Source: Rubricoccaceae bacterium (GTDB lineage: Bacteria > Bacteroidota > Rhodothermia > Rhodothermales > Rubricoccaceae). From it: a stretch of DNA of 64,000 nt. The position numbers were made by a program, and so were the translations under genes. Where the stretch lies: the NCBI GenBank assembly GCA_963789285.1, contig CAWBJZ010000002.1, positions 422,322 to 486,321 of the forward strand, written 5' to 3'. Under the pieces are notes generated by a model. It saw only the letters and a list, made by a program, of their open reading frames with translations, had not been told where the DNA came from and searched no databases. Of the stretch, positions 1 through 11,470 are shown piece by piece. Numbering within the stretch: position 1 is the stretch's first letter; the number at the start of each line of letters is the position of its first letter.

Positions 1-221
1 CCGGCCAGGACAAGGTGAACCCCTCGTCCGTGATCCTGTCGGGCGAGATGATGCTCCGGTACATGGGCTGGACGGAGGCCGCCGATGCGATTATCGCGGC
101 GATGGAGACCACGATCCAGTCCAAAAAGGTGACCTACGACTTCCACCGCCAGATGGACGGGGCGACCAAGCTCTCGTGCAGCGCCTTCGGCGACGAGCTG
201 ATCAAGAACATGCCGAGCTAA
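1..221 (+). CDS. icd: NADP-dependent isocitrate dehydrogenase, C-terminal part (gene starts before the window)
   Basis: [23 protein letters not shown]...VTYDFHR matches the IDH C-terminus. Confidence 0.9.
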   Translation, partial: GQDKVNPSSVILSGEMMLRYMGWTEAADAIIAAMETTIQSKKVTYDFHRQMDGATKLSCSAFGDELIKNMPS

Positions 222-242
222 ACCTCTCGCTCCGCCAGTCCT

Positions 243-298
243 CGCGCCCCTCGCTGACCGCCACCCCGAAGGGACGGCGGAGCTAGCGGGGGGCGCGG
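243..298. terminator. Long GC-rich hairpin between convergent genes; possible bidirectional terminator
   Basis: CGCGCCCCTCGCT...AGCGGGGGGCGCG encloses an inner CCGCC-CCCGAAGGG-GGCGG stem; no U-tract. Confidence 0.4.
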
Positions 299-338
299 TC
301 GTTCTGCGCAGCCGGTCTGGGAGCGACGCCAGCCGCGA

Positions 339-2102
339 TCAGCGGGGCTGGATCGGCACGACGAGGGTTGAGATCGACGCGGGCGGGAGGACCACCTCAA
401 CGGTCTCCCCTGCCGCGGCCAGCACCGTCTGCTCGGCCCACGCGACCTCGCGCGGATCGGCGCCCGGACCGGGCTCGTCGCGTGGGTCGCCCCGGAACAC
501 GTGGTGCGTCACGGGCCCACGCGCCACACCCACGGCCGACAGGTCGACCCGCACGGCATGAGACGCGTCGAACGACCGGTTCATCAGGTGGACGTAGACG
601 TGGCTGCTGTCGCGCGTCGCCAGCGGCTCGACGACCGCGACGGCGGCCTGGGGCGTGATCCACCCGCCCAGTTGGTATGGTTGGGCATAGGTCGGCAGCG
701 GGCCGTGCTCGACCGCGATACGCTCGGTGCCGTGGTGGGCCCCGAGGAAGGCCGTCGCCAGCAGCGACGGTCGGCGGTACGGGGGCCCGTCGTTCACCAC
801 GATCCCGGCGATCTGCCACGGCCCGCCGACCAGCATCGATTGCGTGGCGAGCGCGATGTCGTCGCCGCGGCGCATCATCTCGAACAGGTACGACGCCGCG
901 CCCAGCCCACGCGCGTGGAACGTGCCGACGGACGGGTGGGCCGCGCCCGTGCCCCACCAGCCGCCGTTCCAGTTCCACTCGGTCATGGCCGCCGGGTAGC
1001 CCTCGGCCGCGACGCGGTCCAGCTTCCCGGGGTCCAGGGCGGCCCACTCTTCGACCTCGCGCATGACGCCGAGGCCCTGGCTGTCCACCGCGCGCGGAGC
1101 GATCCAGGCGTACCACGCCTCGTCGGCGTGGGTCGAATCGCTGACCCAGGCTTCGAGGTCGAGCGGCGTCTCGGCGGCGCCGTCCCCGTCGGCGTCGAGG
1201 GCGGCTTCGCGGAGGCCCCACGGGTGGTACTGGTGGACGGCGAGGTAGTCCACGCGCTCGCCCAGTCGCTCGGCCATCTCGTCGGTGAGGTCGTCGATCA
1301 TGCCGTCCACGATGATCTCGACGTCGGGCGCGACGGCGTGGATGGCGGCTTGGTACGCGGCGAGCGCCCCGAACACGGCCTCCTTCCGCACCGGGTCTAC
1401 GGCGCCGGTGTCGGGCAGGTAGCGCGCGCCGTCGGCGTCGCGCCAGACGTGCCACTCGTTGCCCAGTTGGACGTAGCGGACGGCCCACGGCGCGGCCCTG
1501 CCGTTGCGCGCCCGGATGGAGGGCCAGTCGGGCATCCCGTCGGGCAGGGCCGCCCCTGGCGGCGCCGTCGCGTAGGCCACCAGTCCGGCCGCGTGCCACG
1601 CGGCGTCCTCGACGGAGCGCGTGCCGTTGAGCGCGTCGTGCAGGTTGACCACCAGGATGGTCTCGGCCCCCGCCGCCTCGATGGCGTTCAGCCCCTCGTC
1701 CATCCCGACCCGGTTCGTGACCGTCTCGCCGGTGTGCCCCACCGACGAGGGCCGCCCCGGCTCGGCCCGGTTGGGCGCGTGGTCGATCATGTCGGTCCAG
1801 TCCATGTGGTCCACGTCGGTCCCGCCGGGCCAGCGGATCACGGGGATGCCGAGGTCGCGCATCATCGCGACGACCGCCGGATCGAGGCCGCCAGTCGTGG
1901 GGTCGTAGGCCCGCTCGGGGCCGGTCTCTTGGCGACGGCCTCCCCAGCTAGGTCGCTCTAGGAACTGGCCGAACAGCCGGTGGTCGACGCGGTTGAGCAC
2001 CTGGCCGGTCACGCGGAGGTCGAGCGGCTGCGCGAGGGCCGCAGGTGCGAGGACGAACGCAGCGGCGAGGGGCGCGAGCAGGCGCGAGGGTCGGTACGTC
2101 AT
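339..2102 (-). CDS. Secreted GH51-like alpha-L-arabinofuranosidase-family glycoside hydrolase
   Basis: Signal peptide (LLAPLAAAFVLAPAALAQ), LFGQFLE, IRWPGG, YVQLGNE, TEWN motifs and a C-terminal LPPASI beta-sandwich. Confidence 0.75.
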   Translation of the reverse strand: MTYRPSRLLAPLAAAFVLAPAALAQPLDLRVTGQVLNRVDHRLFGQFLERPSWGGRRQETGPERAYDPTTGGLDPAVVAMMRDLGIPVIRWPGGTDVDHMDWTDMIDHAPNRAEPGRPSSVGHTGETVTNRVGMDEGLNAIEAAGAETILVVNLHDALNGTRSVEDAAWHAAGLVAYATAPPGAALPDGMPDWPSIRARNGRAAPWAVRYVQLGNEWHVWRDADGARYLPDTGAVDPVRKEAVFGALAAYQAAIHAVAPDVEIIVDGMIDDLTDEMAERLGERVDYLAVHQYHPWGLREAALDADGDGAAETPLDLEAWVSDSTHADEAWYAWIAPRAVDSQGLGVMREVEEWAALDPGKLDRVAAEGYPAAMTEWNWNGGWWGTGAAHPSVGTFHARGLGAASYLFEMMRRGDDIALATQSMLVGGPWQIAGIVVNDGPPYRRPSLLATAFLGAHHGTERIAVEHGPLPTYAQPYQLGGWITPQAAVAVVEPLATRDSSHVYVHLMNRSFDASHAVRVDLSAVGVARGPVTHHVFRGDPRDEPGPGADPREVAWAEQTVLAAAGETVEVVLPPASISTLVVPIQPR

Positions 2103-2249
2103 CGGTGGAACGGGTGTGGGCTCGGGTCCAAACGGACGGGCCATTCCAGCGCAGCCCCCGGGCCCTGAGTGGAGGGCGGCGGGTTTGTCAACCCCGGACC
2201 GACAGCGGCATCTGGGACTCCGCCGGCGCGCGCCACGCGGCGAGGCTGC

Positions 2250-2732
2250 TCACCCGACCTGCTTCCTCAGAGCCAGGATCGAACCCAGGTGCAGCCCCTC
2301 GTGGAAGAGGTTGAACCGGAGCGCGTCGCCCACGTCCGCCAGCACGACGCCGGGCGTGGTGGTGTACTCGCGGTACTGGCGGAACGCGCCGGCGCCCAGG
2401 TCGGCCTCGATCTGGTCGGGCAACGACAGGAAGGCGTCGCGGACCTCGTCGTAGGGCACGGCTGCGACACCGTCCTGGGGCGTGGTCCCCTTGCGGAAGG
2501 CGGCGACCCACTCGTCTGGGACGCCCAGCGGCAGGCCGGACAGCCCGTAGACCAGCGACTGCATCGTCACGACCAGGTGCCCGACGTTCCACAGGACGTG
2601 GTTCGACATCCCGTCCGGGATGGTCGTCAGCGACTGGGGCGGCAGCGCGTCCACGATCTGGACCGTCGACTGGCGGGTCTTGCGGGCGACGTCGAGCGCG
2701 GCGAGCGCGTCGGAGAGAGAGGCGTCGGTCAT
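2250..2732 (-). CDS. DinB/YfiT family protein
   Basis: NHVLWNVGHL and FHEGLHLG His motifs; start at MTDASL. Confidence 0.8.
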   Translation of the reverse strand: MTDASLSDALAALDVARKTRQSTVQIVDALPPQSLTTIPDGMSNHVLWNVGHLVVTMQSLVYGLSGLPLGVPDEWVAAFRKGTTPQDGVAAVPYDEVRDAFLSLPDQIEADLGAGAFRQYREYTTTPGVVLADVGDALRFNLFHEGLHLGSILALRKQVG

Positions 2733-3133
2733 GGCTTCCGTACCCAGGCGTTGTCGACGGGCTGGAACCCGAGACGTTGGTAGAACCCCGTCGACAAGTC
2801 CGAGTCGCGCAGGATGAGTTCGGTTCCGGCGCACCGCTTCAGGATCTCGTCCACCAACCGCTTGCCGACGCCGGCGCCCTGCTCGTCGGGCCCGACGGCG
2901 AGGTCGCAGAGGTACGACACCTGGACGCCGTCGGTCAGGATGCGCGCCAGCGCGACGAGTCGGTCGCGGTCCCACAGCGTCAGCACGAGGGAGGACTGCT
3001 CGAAGGCGCGCCACAGCGCGGCCAGGTTGTCGGTCTTGCGCAGCAACGGCGCGCGGCGGTAGAGCGTCGCGATGCGCGCGGGCGTCAGCCCGTCGAGCGT
3101 GTCGCGGAGGTCGAGCGAGGCGGGGTCGGGCAT
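2729..3133 (-). CDS. GNAT family N-acetyltransferase
   Basis: DLAVGPDEQGAGVGKRL acetyl-CoA motif; FYQRLGF. Confidence 0.85.
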   Translation of the reverse strand: MPDPASLDLRDTLDGLTPARIATLYRRAPLLRKTDNLAALWRAFEQSSLVLTLWDRDRLVALARILTDGVQVSYLCDLAVGPDEQGAGVGKRLVDEILKRCAGTELILRDSDLSTGFYQRLGFQPVDNAWVRKP

Positions 3134-3167
3134 GGGGGCGGAGGGCGTGGGCGTGGTGAAATATCGG

Positions 3168-4172
3168 CTACGCGCCGAGGTCGTCGGGGACCCACCGCCA
3201 CTGGCGGGCGGACACCGCCAGCGCGTCGGGGACGGCGCGGTCGGGCTCGGTCCACAGCCGCAGGCGGACGCCGTCCATCTCGACGGTCCACTCGGCGGTC
3301 AACCCCAAGAACTGGCGGCTGACCAGCCGGGCCGGGACGGAGTCGGGCGCGTCGGGCGCAACGGGCTCCAGCGCCTCGGGGCGGACGGACAACGCCGCCC
3401 CGTCTGGCCGAGGCTCGCCCGTCAACCGCTCGGCGACGGCTTGGTCCTGGATGACGTTGGCGCTTCCCAGAAAGCCAGCCGCGTAAGCGGTTGGCGGCGA
3501 GGCGTATAGCGACTCCGGAGTGTCTATCGCGACAAGCGTGCCCGCGCGCATCAGCGCGATCTGGTCGCTCAGCGCCAGCGCCTCGGTCTGGTCGTGCGTC
3601 ACGTACAGGCTGGTGACGCCCAGGTCCCGCTGGAGCGCCTTCAGCTCCGCCCGCGTCGCCTCGCGCAGCGCCAAGTCGAGGTTCGACAACGGCTCGTCGA
3701 ACAAGAGAACCTCGGGCTCGACGGCGATCGCGCGCGCCAGCGCCACGCGCTGCTGCTGCCCACCCGACAGCGCCGCGACCGGCCGCTGGGCCAGTCCGGC
3801 CAAGTCGACGCGCGCCAAGGCTCGCTCGGCGCGCTGGCGGACTTGGTCGCGGGCGACGCCGCGGACCTGCATCCCGTAGCCCACGTTCTCCCCCACCGTC
3901 ATGGTCGGGAAGAGCGCGTAGCTCTGGAAGACCATCGCCGTCGGGCGGTCCTGGGGCGGGCGGCGCGTCACGTCGGCGTCGCCGATGCGGACGGTCCCGC
4001 CGTCCGGCGTCTCGAAGCCGCCCACCAGCCGTAGCAGCGTCGTCTTGCCGCAGCCTGACGGCCCGAGCAGCGACACGAACGCGCCCGGGGGCACCTCCAG
4101 CGTCACGTCGTCGACCGCCGCGACGTCGCCGTAGCGCTTGACGACGCCGTCGATCTGGATGCCTGCGGACAT
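3168..4172 (-). CDS. ABC transporter ATP-binding protein (PotA/FbpC-like)
   Basis: GPSGCGKT, LSGGQQQRVALARA, DEPLSNLD, YVTHDQ. Confidence 0.9.
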   Translation of the reverse strand: MSAGIQIDGVVKRYGDVAAVDDVTLEVPPGAFVSLLGPSGCGKTTLLRLVGGFETPDGGTVRIGDADVTRRPPQDRPTAMVFQSYALFPTMTVGENVGYGMQVRGVARDQVRQRAERALARVDLAGLAQRPVAALSGGQQQRVALARAIAVEPEVLLFDEPLSNLDLALREATRAELKALQRDLGVTSLYVTHDQTEALALSDQIALMRAGTLVAIDTPESLYASPPTAYAAGFLGSANVIQDQAVAERLTGEPRPDGAALSVRPEALEPVAPDAPDSVPARLVSRQFLGLTAEWTVEMDGVRLRLWTEPDRAVPDALAVSARQWRWVPDDLGA

Positions 4173-4235
4173 GGCGGCCGGAAATGAGTAGGGGCACGGC
4201 GCGCCGTGCCCCTACGGATCGGTTGGGAGGTCGGG

Positions 4236-5408
4236 CTAGGCGTTGAGCGCCGCCGTGACCTTCTCGGCCGCCTCCTGCAACCGGATCGCGCTCTCGATCG
4301 GCAGCCCGCTCTCCTTCAAGATGGCCATGCCCTCCTCGGCGTTCGTGCCCTGAAGCCGGACGATGAGCGGGACCGTCAGGTCGATCTTCGACGCGGCCTC
4401 GACGATGCCGTTCGCCACGCGGTCGCAGCGGACGATGCCGCCGAACACGTTGACCAGCAGCGCCTTAACGTTCGGGTCGGACAAGATGATGCGGAAGCCG
4501 GCCTCGACCGTCTCCGCGCTCGCCGTCCCGCCCACGTCCAGGAAGTTGGCCGGCTCGCCGCCCGCCAGCTTGATCAGGTCCATGGTCCCCATGGCCAGCC
4601 CGGCGCCGTTGACCATGCAGCCGACGTTGCCGTCGAGCTTGATGTAGTTGAGGTTGAACTTGCCCGCCTCGACCTCGAGCGGCTCCTCCTCGGCCTCGTC
4701 GCGCATCTCGGCCAGGTCCTTGTGCCGGAACATGGCGTTCTCGTCGAGCTCGATCTTGGCGTCGAGCGCGACCACGCGGCCGTCGTCGGTCAGGACGAGG
4801 GGGTTGATCTCGGCCGTCGTCGCGTCCGACTGGCGGTAGGCGTTGTAGAGCTGGACGACGAACTTGCGCGCGTCCTTGAGCGCCTGGCCCTCGAAGCCGA
4901 GCTGCATCGCCAAGTCGGCCGCTTGGAACGAGCGGAGCCCGACGGCGGGGTCGACCCAGACCTTCAGGATCTTCTCGGGCGAGTGCTCGGCGACCTCCTC
5001 GATCTCGACGCCGCCCTCGGTCGACGCCATGATGACGTCCTGGCCCTTCGCGCGGTCCAGCGTCACGCCGAGGTAGAACTCCTTGGCGATGTCCTCGGCG
5101 GCGGTGACGAGCACCTTCTTGACCAGTTGGCCGTCGGGACCGGTCTGGGGCGTGACGAGTGTCATGCCCAGGATCTTCTCCGCGTTGCCCCGGACGCCGT
5201 CGAGCGAGGGCGTGAACTTGACGCCGCCGCCCTTGCCGCGCCCGCCGGCGTGGATCTGGGCCTTGACGACGAACTGCTCGACACCGTCCTTGGCCATGGT
5301 CTCGGCCGCCTGGACAGCCTCGTCCACGGTGTCGGCGACGATGCCACGCTGGACGTTGACGCCGTGCTGGGCGAGGATCTCTTTGGCCTGGTACTCGTGG
5401 ACTTTCAT
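4236..5408 (-). CDS. sucC: Succinyl-CoA synthetase beta subunit
   Basis: MKVHEYQAK start, [28 protein letters not shown]. Confidence 0.97.
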   Translation of the reverse strand: MKVHEYQAKEILAQHGVNVQRGIVADTVDEAVQAAETMAKDGVEQFVVKAQIHAGGRGKGGGVKFTPSLDGVRGNAEKILGMTLVTPQTGPDGQLVKKVLVTAAEDIAKEFYLGVTLDRAKGQDVIMASTEGGVEIEEVAEHSPEKILKVWVDPAVGLRSFQAADLAMQLGFEGQALKDARKFVVQLYNAYRQSDATTAEINPLVLTDDGRVVALDAKIELDENAMFRHKDLAEMRDEAEEEPLEVEAGKFNLNYIKLDGNVGCMVNGAGLAMGTMDLIKLAGGEPANFLDVGGTASAETVEAGFRIILSDPNVKALLVNVFGGIVRCDRVANGIVEAASKIDLTVPLIVRLQGTNAEEGMAILKESGLPIESAIRLQEAAEKVTAALNA

Positions 5409-5562
5409 CGGGTGCGGTTGGGCAAGGGTGCGGGCTGAACTCCGGACGCGCCCGTGGGGCGAAACCGGATGCAAGGCACGCCAAGCTAGCCCCGCCCGTT
5501 CCTCCGCTCGCGCAGCTCGGCCGCCAGCGTGCCGATCTTCGCAGGCTCCTCCCACCCCCGCT

Positions 5563-6651
5563 TTGCTCACCCGCTTCGACTGGCACGTCCTGAGGCGCTT
5601 CTTGGCGGGGGCGGCGCTGCTGCTGGCGCTGCTGGTGGCGACGTTCGTGACGCTGGACTTCGCCGAGCACGTCGACGACTTCATGGACCGGGGCGCGACG
5701 ACGGGCCAGATCCTGAGCTCGTACGGGTACTACGTGCCGGACATCATCCGGCTGACGAGCCCGCTGGCGCTGTTCCTGTCGGCGGTCTACGTCACCGCGC
5801 GCCTGGCGCAGTCCATGCAGCTGACGGCGCTGCAGATGGCCGGCGTCTCGACGTGGCGCTACCTCCGCCCGCTCCTGCTGGCGGCGGTCGTGGTGACGGC
5901 CGTGATGGTGGCGTTCAACGGCTGGGTGGTGCCCCGGGCGACGGCCAAGCTGCTCGACTTCCAGAACGAGTTCTACCGCGACGCGCCCGAGAACAGCAGC
6001 GGCTCGGAGATCTACCGCCAGATCGCGCCCGGCGTGATCGTGACGGCGCGCTTCTTCGACCGCGACGAGCAGCAGGCCCACCAGGTCTCCGTCGTCTCCC
6101 TCGCCGATTCGGCGCGCGGCGGCGTCACCCGTCGCCTGGACGTCGGCCGGATGACCTGGGTCGACTCGCTCGCGACGTGGCAGGCGCGGGACGTGACGAT
6201 CCGGTCCTTCTCCGGCACCCGGGAGTCGTACCGCCAGCTCGCCGAGCTCGACACCGCCATCGCCGTCCTGCCCCGCGACCTCGCGCAGTCGGAGCGCGAC
6301 GCGGAGCGGATGACGCTGCCCGAAGCCCGGGACTACGTGGCCTCTCTCGAGCGGGCCGGCGTCACCGAGCGGGGGCGGCCGGGCGTGGCGTACCACTCGA
6401 AGGTGGCCTACCCGTTCGCCAACTTGGTGCTGGTGCTGCTGGCGGTGCCCTTGGCCGCGCGGAGGCGCCGGGGCGGGCAGGCCGTGCAACTGGCGCTGGG
6501 GTTGGGCGTGGCGTTCGTCTACCTCGCCGTTCAGAAGGTCGTCGAGCCGCTGGGGTACGTCCAGACGCTGCCGCCGGCCGTCGCGGCCTGGCTGCCCCAC
6601 CTCGCGTTCGGCGTCCTCGCCGTCGTCCTGCTGGTCAAGGCGGACCGCTAG
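5563..6651 (+). CDS. LptF/LptG family LPS export permease
   Basis: N-terminal TRFDWHVLRRFL, three TM helices, periplasmic domain, then HSKVAYPF and AAWLP TM segment; TTG start is inferred. Confidence 0.8.
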   Translation: MLTRFDWHVLRRFLAGAALLLALLVATFVTLDFAEHVDDFMDRGATTGQILSSYGYYVPDIIRLTSPLALFLSAVYVTARLAQSMQLTALQMAGVSTWRYLRPLLLAAVVVTAVMVAFNGWVVPRATAKLLDFQNEFYRDAPENSSGSEIYRQIAPGVIVTARFFDRDEQQAHQVSVVSLADSARGGVTRRLDVGRMTWVDSLATWQARDVTIRSFSGTRESYRQLAELDTAIAVLPRDLAQSERDAERMTLPEARDYVASLERAGVTERGRPGVAYHSKVAYPFANLVLVLLAVPLAARRRRGGQAVQLALGLGVAFVYLAVQKVVEPLGYVQTLPPAVAAWLPHLAFGVLAVVLLVKADR

Positions 6652-6705
6652 CGTCTGGTCCATCCGCATCATGGACGGGCGCGGGGCGCGGCCTACGTTC
6701 AGGGC

Positions 6706-7530
6706 ATGACGCTCCCCCCGGACGCCCTCCCCCCCCGCCCTGGCCTCGCCGGCTGCTTGCTCGGCGTGCTCCGGCTCGTCGTCGGGCTGGCGCTGATCGT
6801 CGGCGGAACGGTCGTCATCCTGGCGTGCGCGCTCGCGCCCAGACGCATCGGTCACGTCTCACCCGCCGAACGCGTCGCCCAGCGGCTGTCGGCCGCGCTC
6901 CTGGCGGTGGCCGGCGTCCGGGTCGAGGCCGAGGGCCGGGACCGGCTGGCGGCGCATCGGGGGTTCGTGTTCTTCAACCACCTCTCCTACCTCGACCCCT
7001 TGGTCCTGGCCGCCGTCGCGCCCATGCGGTTCCTGGCGACGGCGGGGGTGCGGAAGCTGCCGTTCATCGGCTGGATCGCGACGGCGCTGGGCACGCTCTA
7101 CGTCCGCCGCGGCCGAGGCGCCAGCCGGACGCGCGCGCGGGAGTCTCTGAGGCACGAGGTCCAGTCGTCGCCCGTCCCCATCGCCCTCGCGCCGGAGGGC
7201 CGGATCGGGCCGGGGCCCCGCGTGCAGCCCCTGCGCCACGGCGCCTTCGAGGTCGCCGCCGACGCTCAGGCGCCGATCCTGTTGGCGGGGCTACAGTTCG
7301 AGCCCTACAGCTACGTCGCGTGGCTCGACGGCGAGTGGCTGCTCCGAGCCTGGTGGCGCCTGTGCGCTCGGACGGAGCCGGTGACGGCCACGGTCCGGGT
7401 CCTGGGCGACGTCGCCATCCGGACTCGTTCCGACGCCCCCTTCCTGGCCCGCCACGCGGAGTCGGTGTTCAACAGAGATCCGGCCCCGGCTGCGCCTCCG
7501 CTCACCGCCGTGGAAAGCGCGGACGTCTAA
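6706..7530 (+). CDS. Lysophospholipid acyltransferase (PlsC family)
   Basis: NHLSYLD (HX4D) and APEGR motifs. Confidence 0.85.
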   Translation: MTLPPDALPPRPGLAGCLLGVLRLVVGLALIVGGTVVILACALAPRRIGHVSPAERVAQRLSAALLAVAGVRVEAEGRDRLAAHRGFVFFNHLSYLDPLVLAAVAPMRFLATAGVRKLPFIGWIATALGTLYVRRGRGASRTRARESLRHEVQSSPVPIALAPEGRIGPGPRVQPLRHGAFEVAADAQAPILLAGLQFEPYSYVAWLDGEWLLRAWWRLCARTEPVTATVRVLGDVAIRTRSDAPFLARHAESVFNRDPAPAAPPLTAVESADV

Positions 7531-8005
7531 GAGCCCAGGGGAGGCAAGACGCCTTGGATGACGGCGGTTCGCCGTGCCTGGCGAACAAAGGCCGAGCCGC
7601 GGACCGTCGCACCCTGGTGCGAACACGCGTCGTGATCGCTGTCCGCGTCGACGGGTCCCAGTCCCGCCAGTGTGACGAGGCGCCCGGACGTCCGCCGGCG
7701 GGCGCCTGTCTTGACTGGTGGGAAGCGAGACCGCTCGCAAGAGACGGGCCTCCACTCACACAGCGCGGCGTGAATGGTCCGACTTGGCGATGGAATCGGC
7801 CGGTGGACTGGGCGCTCGGTTCTAGTGGGGCCGGGCATCTCAGATTGGGAGATCCAGACAATCGCCTTCACCTGGCACTCACAAAATCAGTTCATAACAC
7901 GTTGCTGGAAAAGGCTTGGGCGTGCCCCGATAGTCTGAATCAGCAAAACCCCTACTCTGGCATAGGGATCGGGCTTAAATACGGGTACCTACTATCCCCC
8001 CTGGC

Positions 8006-9352
8006 ATGACCATCCTACCACGCCAAGCCAACGCCGTCCTCTCCTTCCGAGACCTCGTCCGCATCCGGACCCAGCTCGGCGTCCACGACCGCACCGCCAC
8101 CTTCTCGGACCGCATCCGGGGCGAGCGCGACAGCCAGATCGACGGGCTCCACTTCCGCGAGGTCCTCAACCGGACCGGCCGCGACGTGTCCGTACGCGAC
8201 CACGTGGGCCGCGAGCAGACCATGGTCATGTTCGGCTCCAACAACTACCTCGGGCTCGCGACGCACCCGCACGTGGTGGAGGCGATGCAAAGCGCCGTGG
8301 GGGACGTCGGCGCCGGGGTCGGCGGACCGCCCATCCTGAACGGGAACGGGCCGCTGCACCGCGAGCTCCAGGAGCGGCTGGCGGACCTGGAGGGCCAGGA
8401 GACCGCGCTGCTCTACGGCAGCGGCTACGCGGCCAACCTCGGCCTGATGAGCACGCTGCCGACCGGGCCCGACCTGGTCGTCTACGACGACGACAGCCAC
8501 GCGTCTTTTTTGGACGGCCTTAAGCTGGGTCGGATTGACGGCAAGCCGTTCGCGCACAACGACGTGCGGGAGCTAGACCACGTCTTGGGCGAGGTCCGCG
8601 GCCAACACCGCGACGTGTTCGTGGGGGTCGAGGGCGTCTACTCGATGTCGGGCTCCGTCGCCCGGCTCGACCGGATCTCCGAGGTCTGCGAGCGCCACGA
8701 CGCGCTGCTCATCGTCGACGACGCGCACGGGACGGGCGTGACCGGGCCGCGCGGGCACGGCACCATCGCGATGTTCGACGTGGCCGACCGCGTGGACGCC
8801 GTCGTGGGCACGTTCTCGAAGTCGTTCGCGGTCTCGGGCGGGTTCGTGGCGGCCAGCCGCGACATCGTCGAGTACCTCCGCTACTTCTCCCGGCCCTACG
8901 TGTTCAGCGCGTCGCCGGCGCCGGCGGTCTGCGCGGCCGTGCTGGCGGGGCTCGACGTGATGGAGCGCGAGCCCGAGCGGCACACGCGGCTGATGGACAA
9001 CGCGGGCCGGCTCGCCGAGCGGCTCTGCGCGATGGGCTTCGTGGCCGACGGCGTGACGCCCATCTTCCCGCTCCCGCTCCCCGTAGGCACCGACGTGCGC
9101 GCCGCCGCCCACGACTTCCACCGGCGCGGCATCTTCGTCAACCAGATCGAGGCGCCCGCCGTGCCGATCTCGCAGCAGCGTTTCCGCGTGAGCGTCACCG
9201 CCGACCACACCGCCGAGGACCTCGACCGGCTGCTGGGCGCCGTCGACGCCGTGTGGGAGGCCCACGTGCGGCCGGTCGCGGCAGCGAGGGCGGCGACGGC
9301 CGTCCCGGCCGCGGTCGAGGAGACGCTCGACGCCTACAAGGGTGGGTTTTAG
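8006..9352 (+). CDS. PLP-dependent alpha-oxoamine synthase (BioF/Kbl/serine palmitoyltransferase family)
   Basis: FGSNNYLGL, SGYAAN, EGVYSM, DDAHGTG, GTFSKS motifs. Confidence 0.85.
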   Translation: MTILPRQANAVLSFRDLVRIRTQLGVHDRTATFSDRIRGERDSQIDGLHFREVLNRTGRDVSVRDHVGREQTMVMFGSNNYLGLATHPHVVEAMQSAVGDVGAGVGGPPILNGNGPLHRELQERLADLEGQETALLYGSGYAANLGLMSTLPTGPDLVVYDDDSHASFLDGLKLGRIDGKPFAHNDVRELDHVLGEVRGQHRDVFVGVEGVYSMSGSVARLDRISEVCERHDALLIVDDAHGTGVTGPRGHGTIAMFDVADRVDAVVGTFSKSFAVSGGFVAASRDIVEYLRYFSRPYVFSASPAPAVCAAVLAGLDVMEREPERHTRLMDNAGRLAERLCAMGFVADGVTPIFPLPLPVGTDVRAAAHDFHRRGIFVNQIEAPAVPISQQRFRVSVTADHTAEDLDRLLGAVDAVWEAHVRPVAAARAATAVPAAVEETLDAYKGGF

Positions 9353-9387
9353 GGGCCCACCGCGCTGACCGTTGCCCGGGCCGGGGG

Positions 9388-9696
9388 CTACGCCTCCCCG
9401 CTGGGCCCGCTAAACTGGATCTGCTGCTGGCCGACCTCGCCGATGTCGCCGTGCTGGGCCTCGTACCGCTGGATGTTGTCGGCGAGGGCGGCGAGCAGGC
9501 GCTTGGCGTGGCCCGGCGTCACCACGATCCGGCTCTTGACCCTGGCCTTGGGCACGCCCGGCATCACGCGGATAAAGTCCAGGATGAACTCCTCCGGGCT
9601 GTGCGAGATCATGACCAGGTTCGAGTAGACGCCCTCGGCGACCTCCTCGGACAGCTCGATGGACAGGGACGGGCCGGGAAGCTGGGGCGTTTCCAT
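9388..9696 (-). CDS. DUF3467 domain protein
   Basis: AEGVYSNLVMISHSPEEFILDF...SRIVVTPGHAKRL. Confidence 0.85.
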   Translation of the reverse strand: METPQLPGPSLSIELSEEVAEGVYSNLVMISHSPEEFILDFIRVMPGVPKARVKSRIVVTPGHAKRLLAALADNIQRYEAQHGDIGEVGQQQIQFSGPSGEA

Positions 9697-9798
9697 AGTG
9701 GGTGCGGGGGACGCCGCAAGCTAGGCCCGCCGGCGGCCCGGTTCGGCCCTCTCGCTCTTTGCCGCCAGTCGGCCGCTGGCGGTCGGGGTGGGCGGGGG

Positions 9799-11208
<1,410 letters not shown>

Positions 11209-11470
11209 GGCGCAATCGGTGTCGGTGGGTCGGAAAGCTAGCCCGCCCCGGGTGCGCTTCCGGTGAGGACGGCCCGCTGGGCTGGCCGTCGAGCTGGCGG
11301 GGGCGCCCGCCAGTCGGCGGAGCCGGACGAGACGCGCACGGTGGCCGTCGGGGAGGGTTGGGAACGGGGGCGCGCCTCCGGTTGTCTCCAGCGGCTGAGG
11401 GCCGCGCGGCGCCTCATACGACCGCGGTCGTGCGGCTCGCTGCCACCCCCTCCGCCAGACCCCGCTAGCC

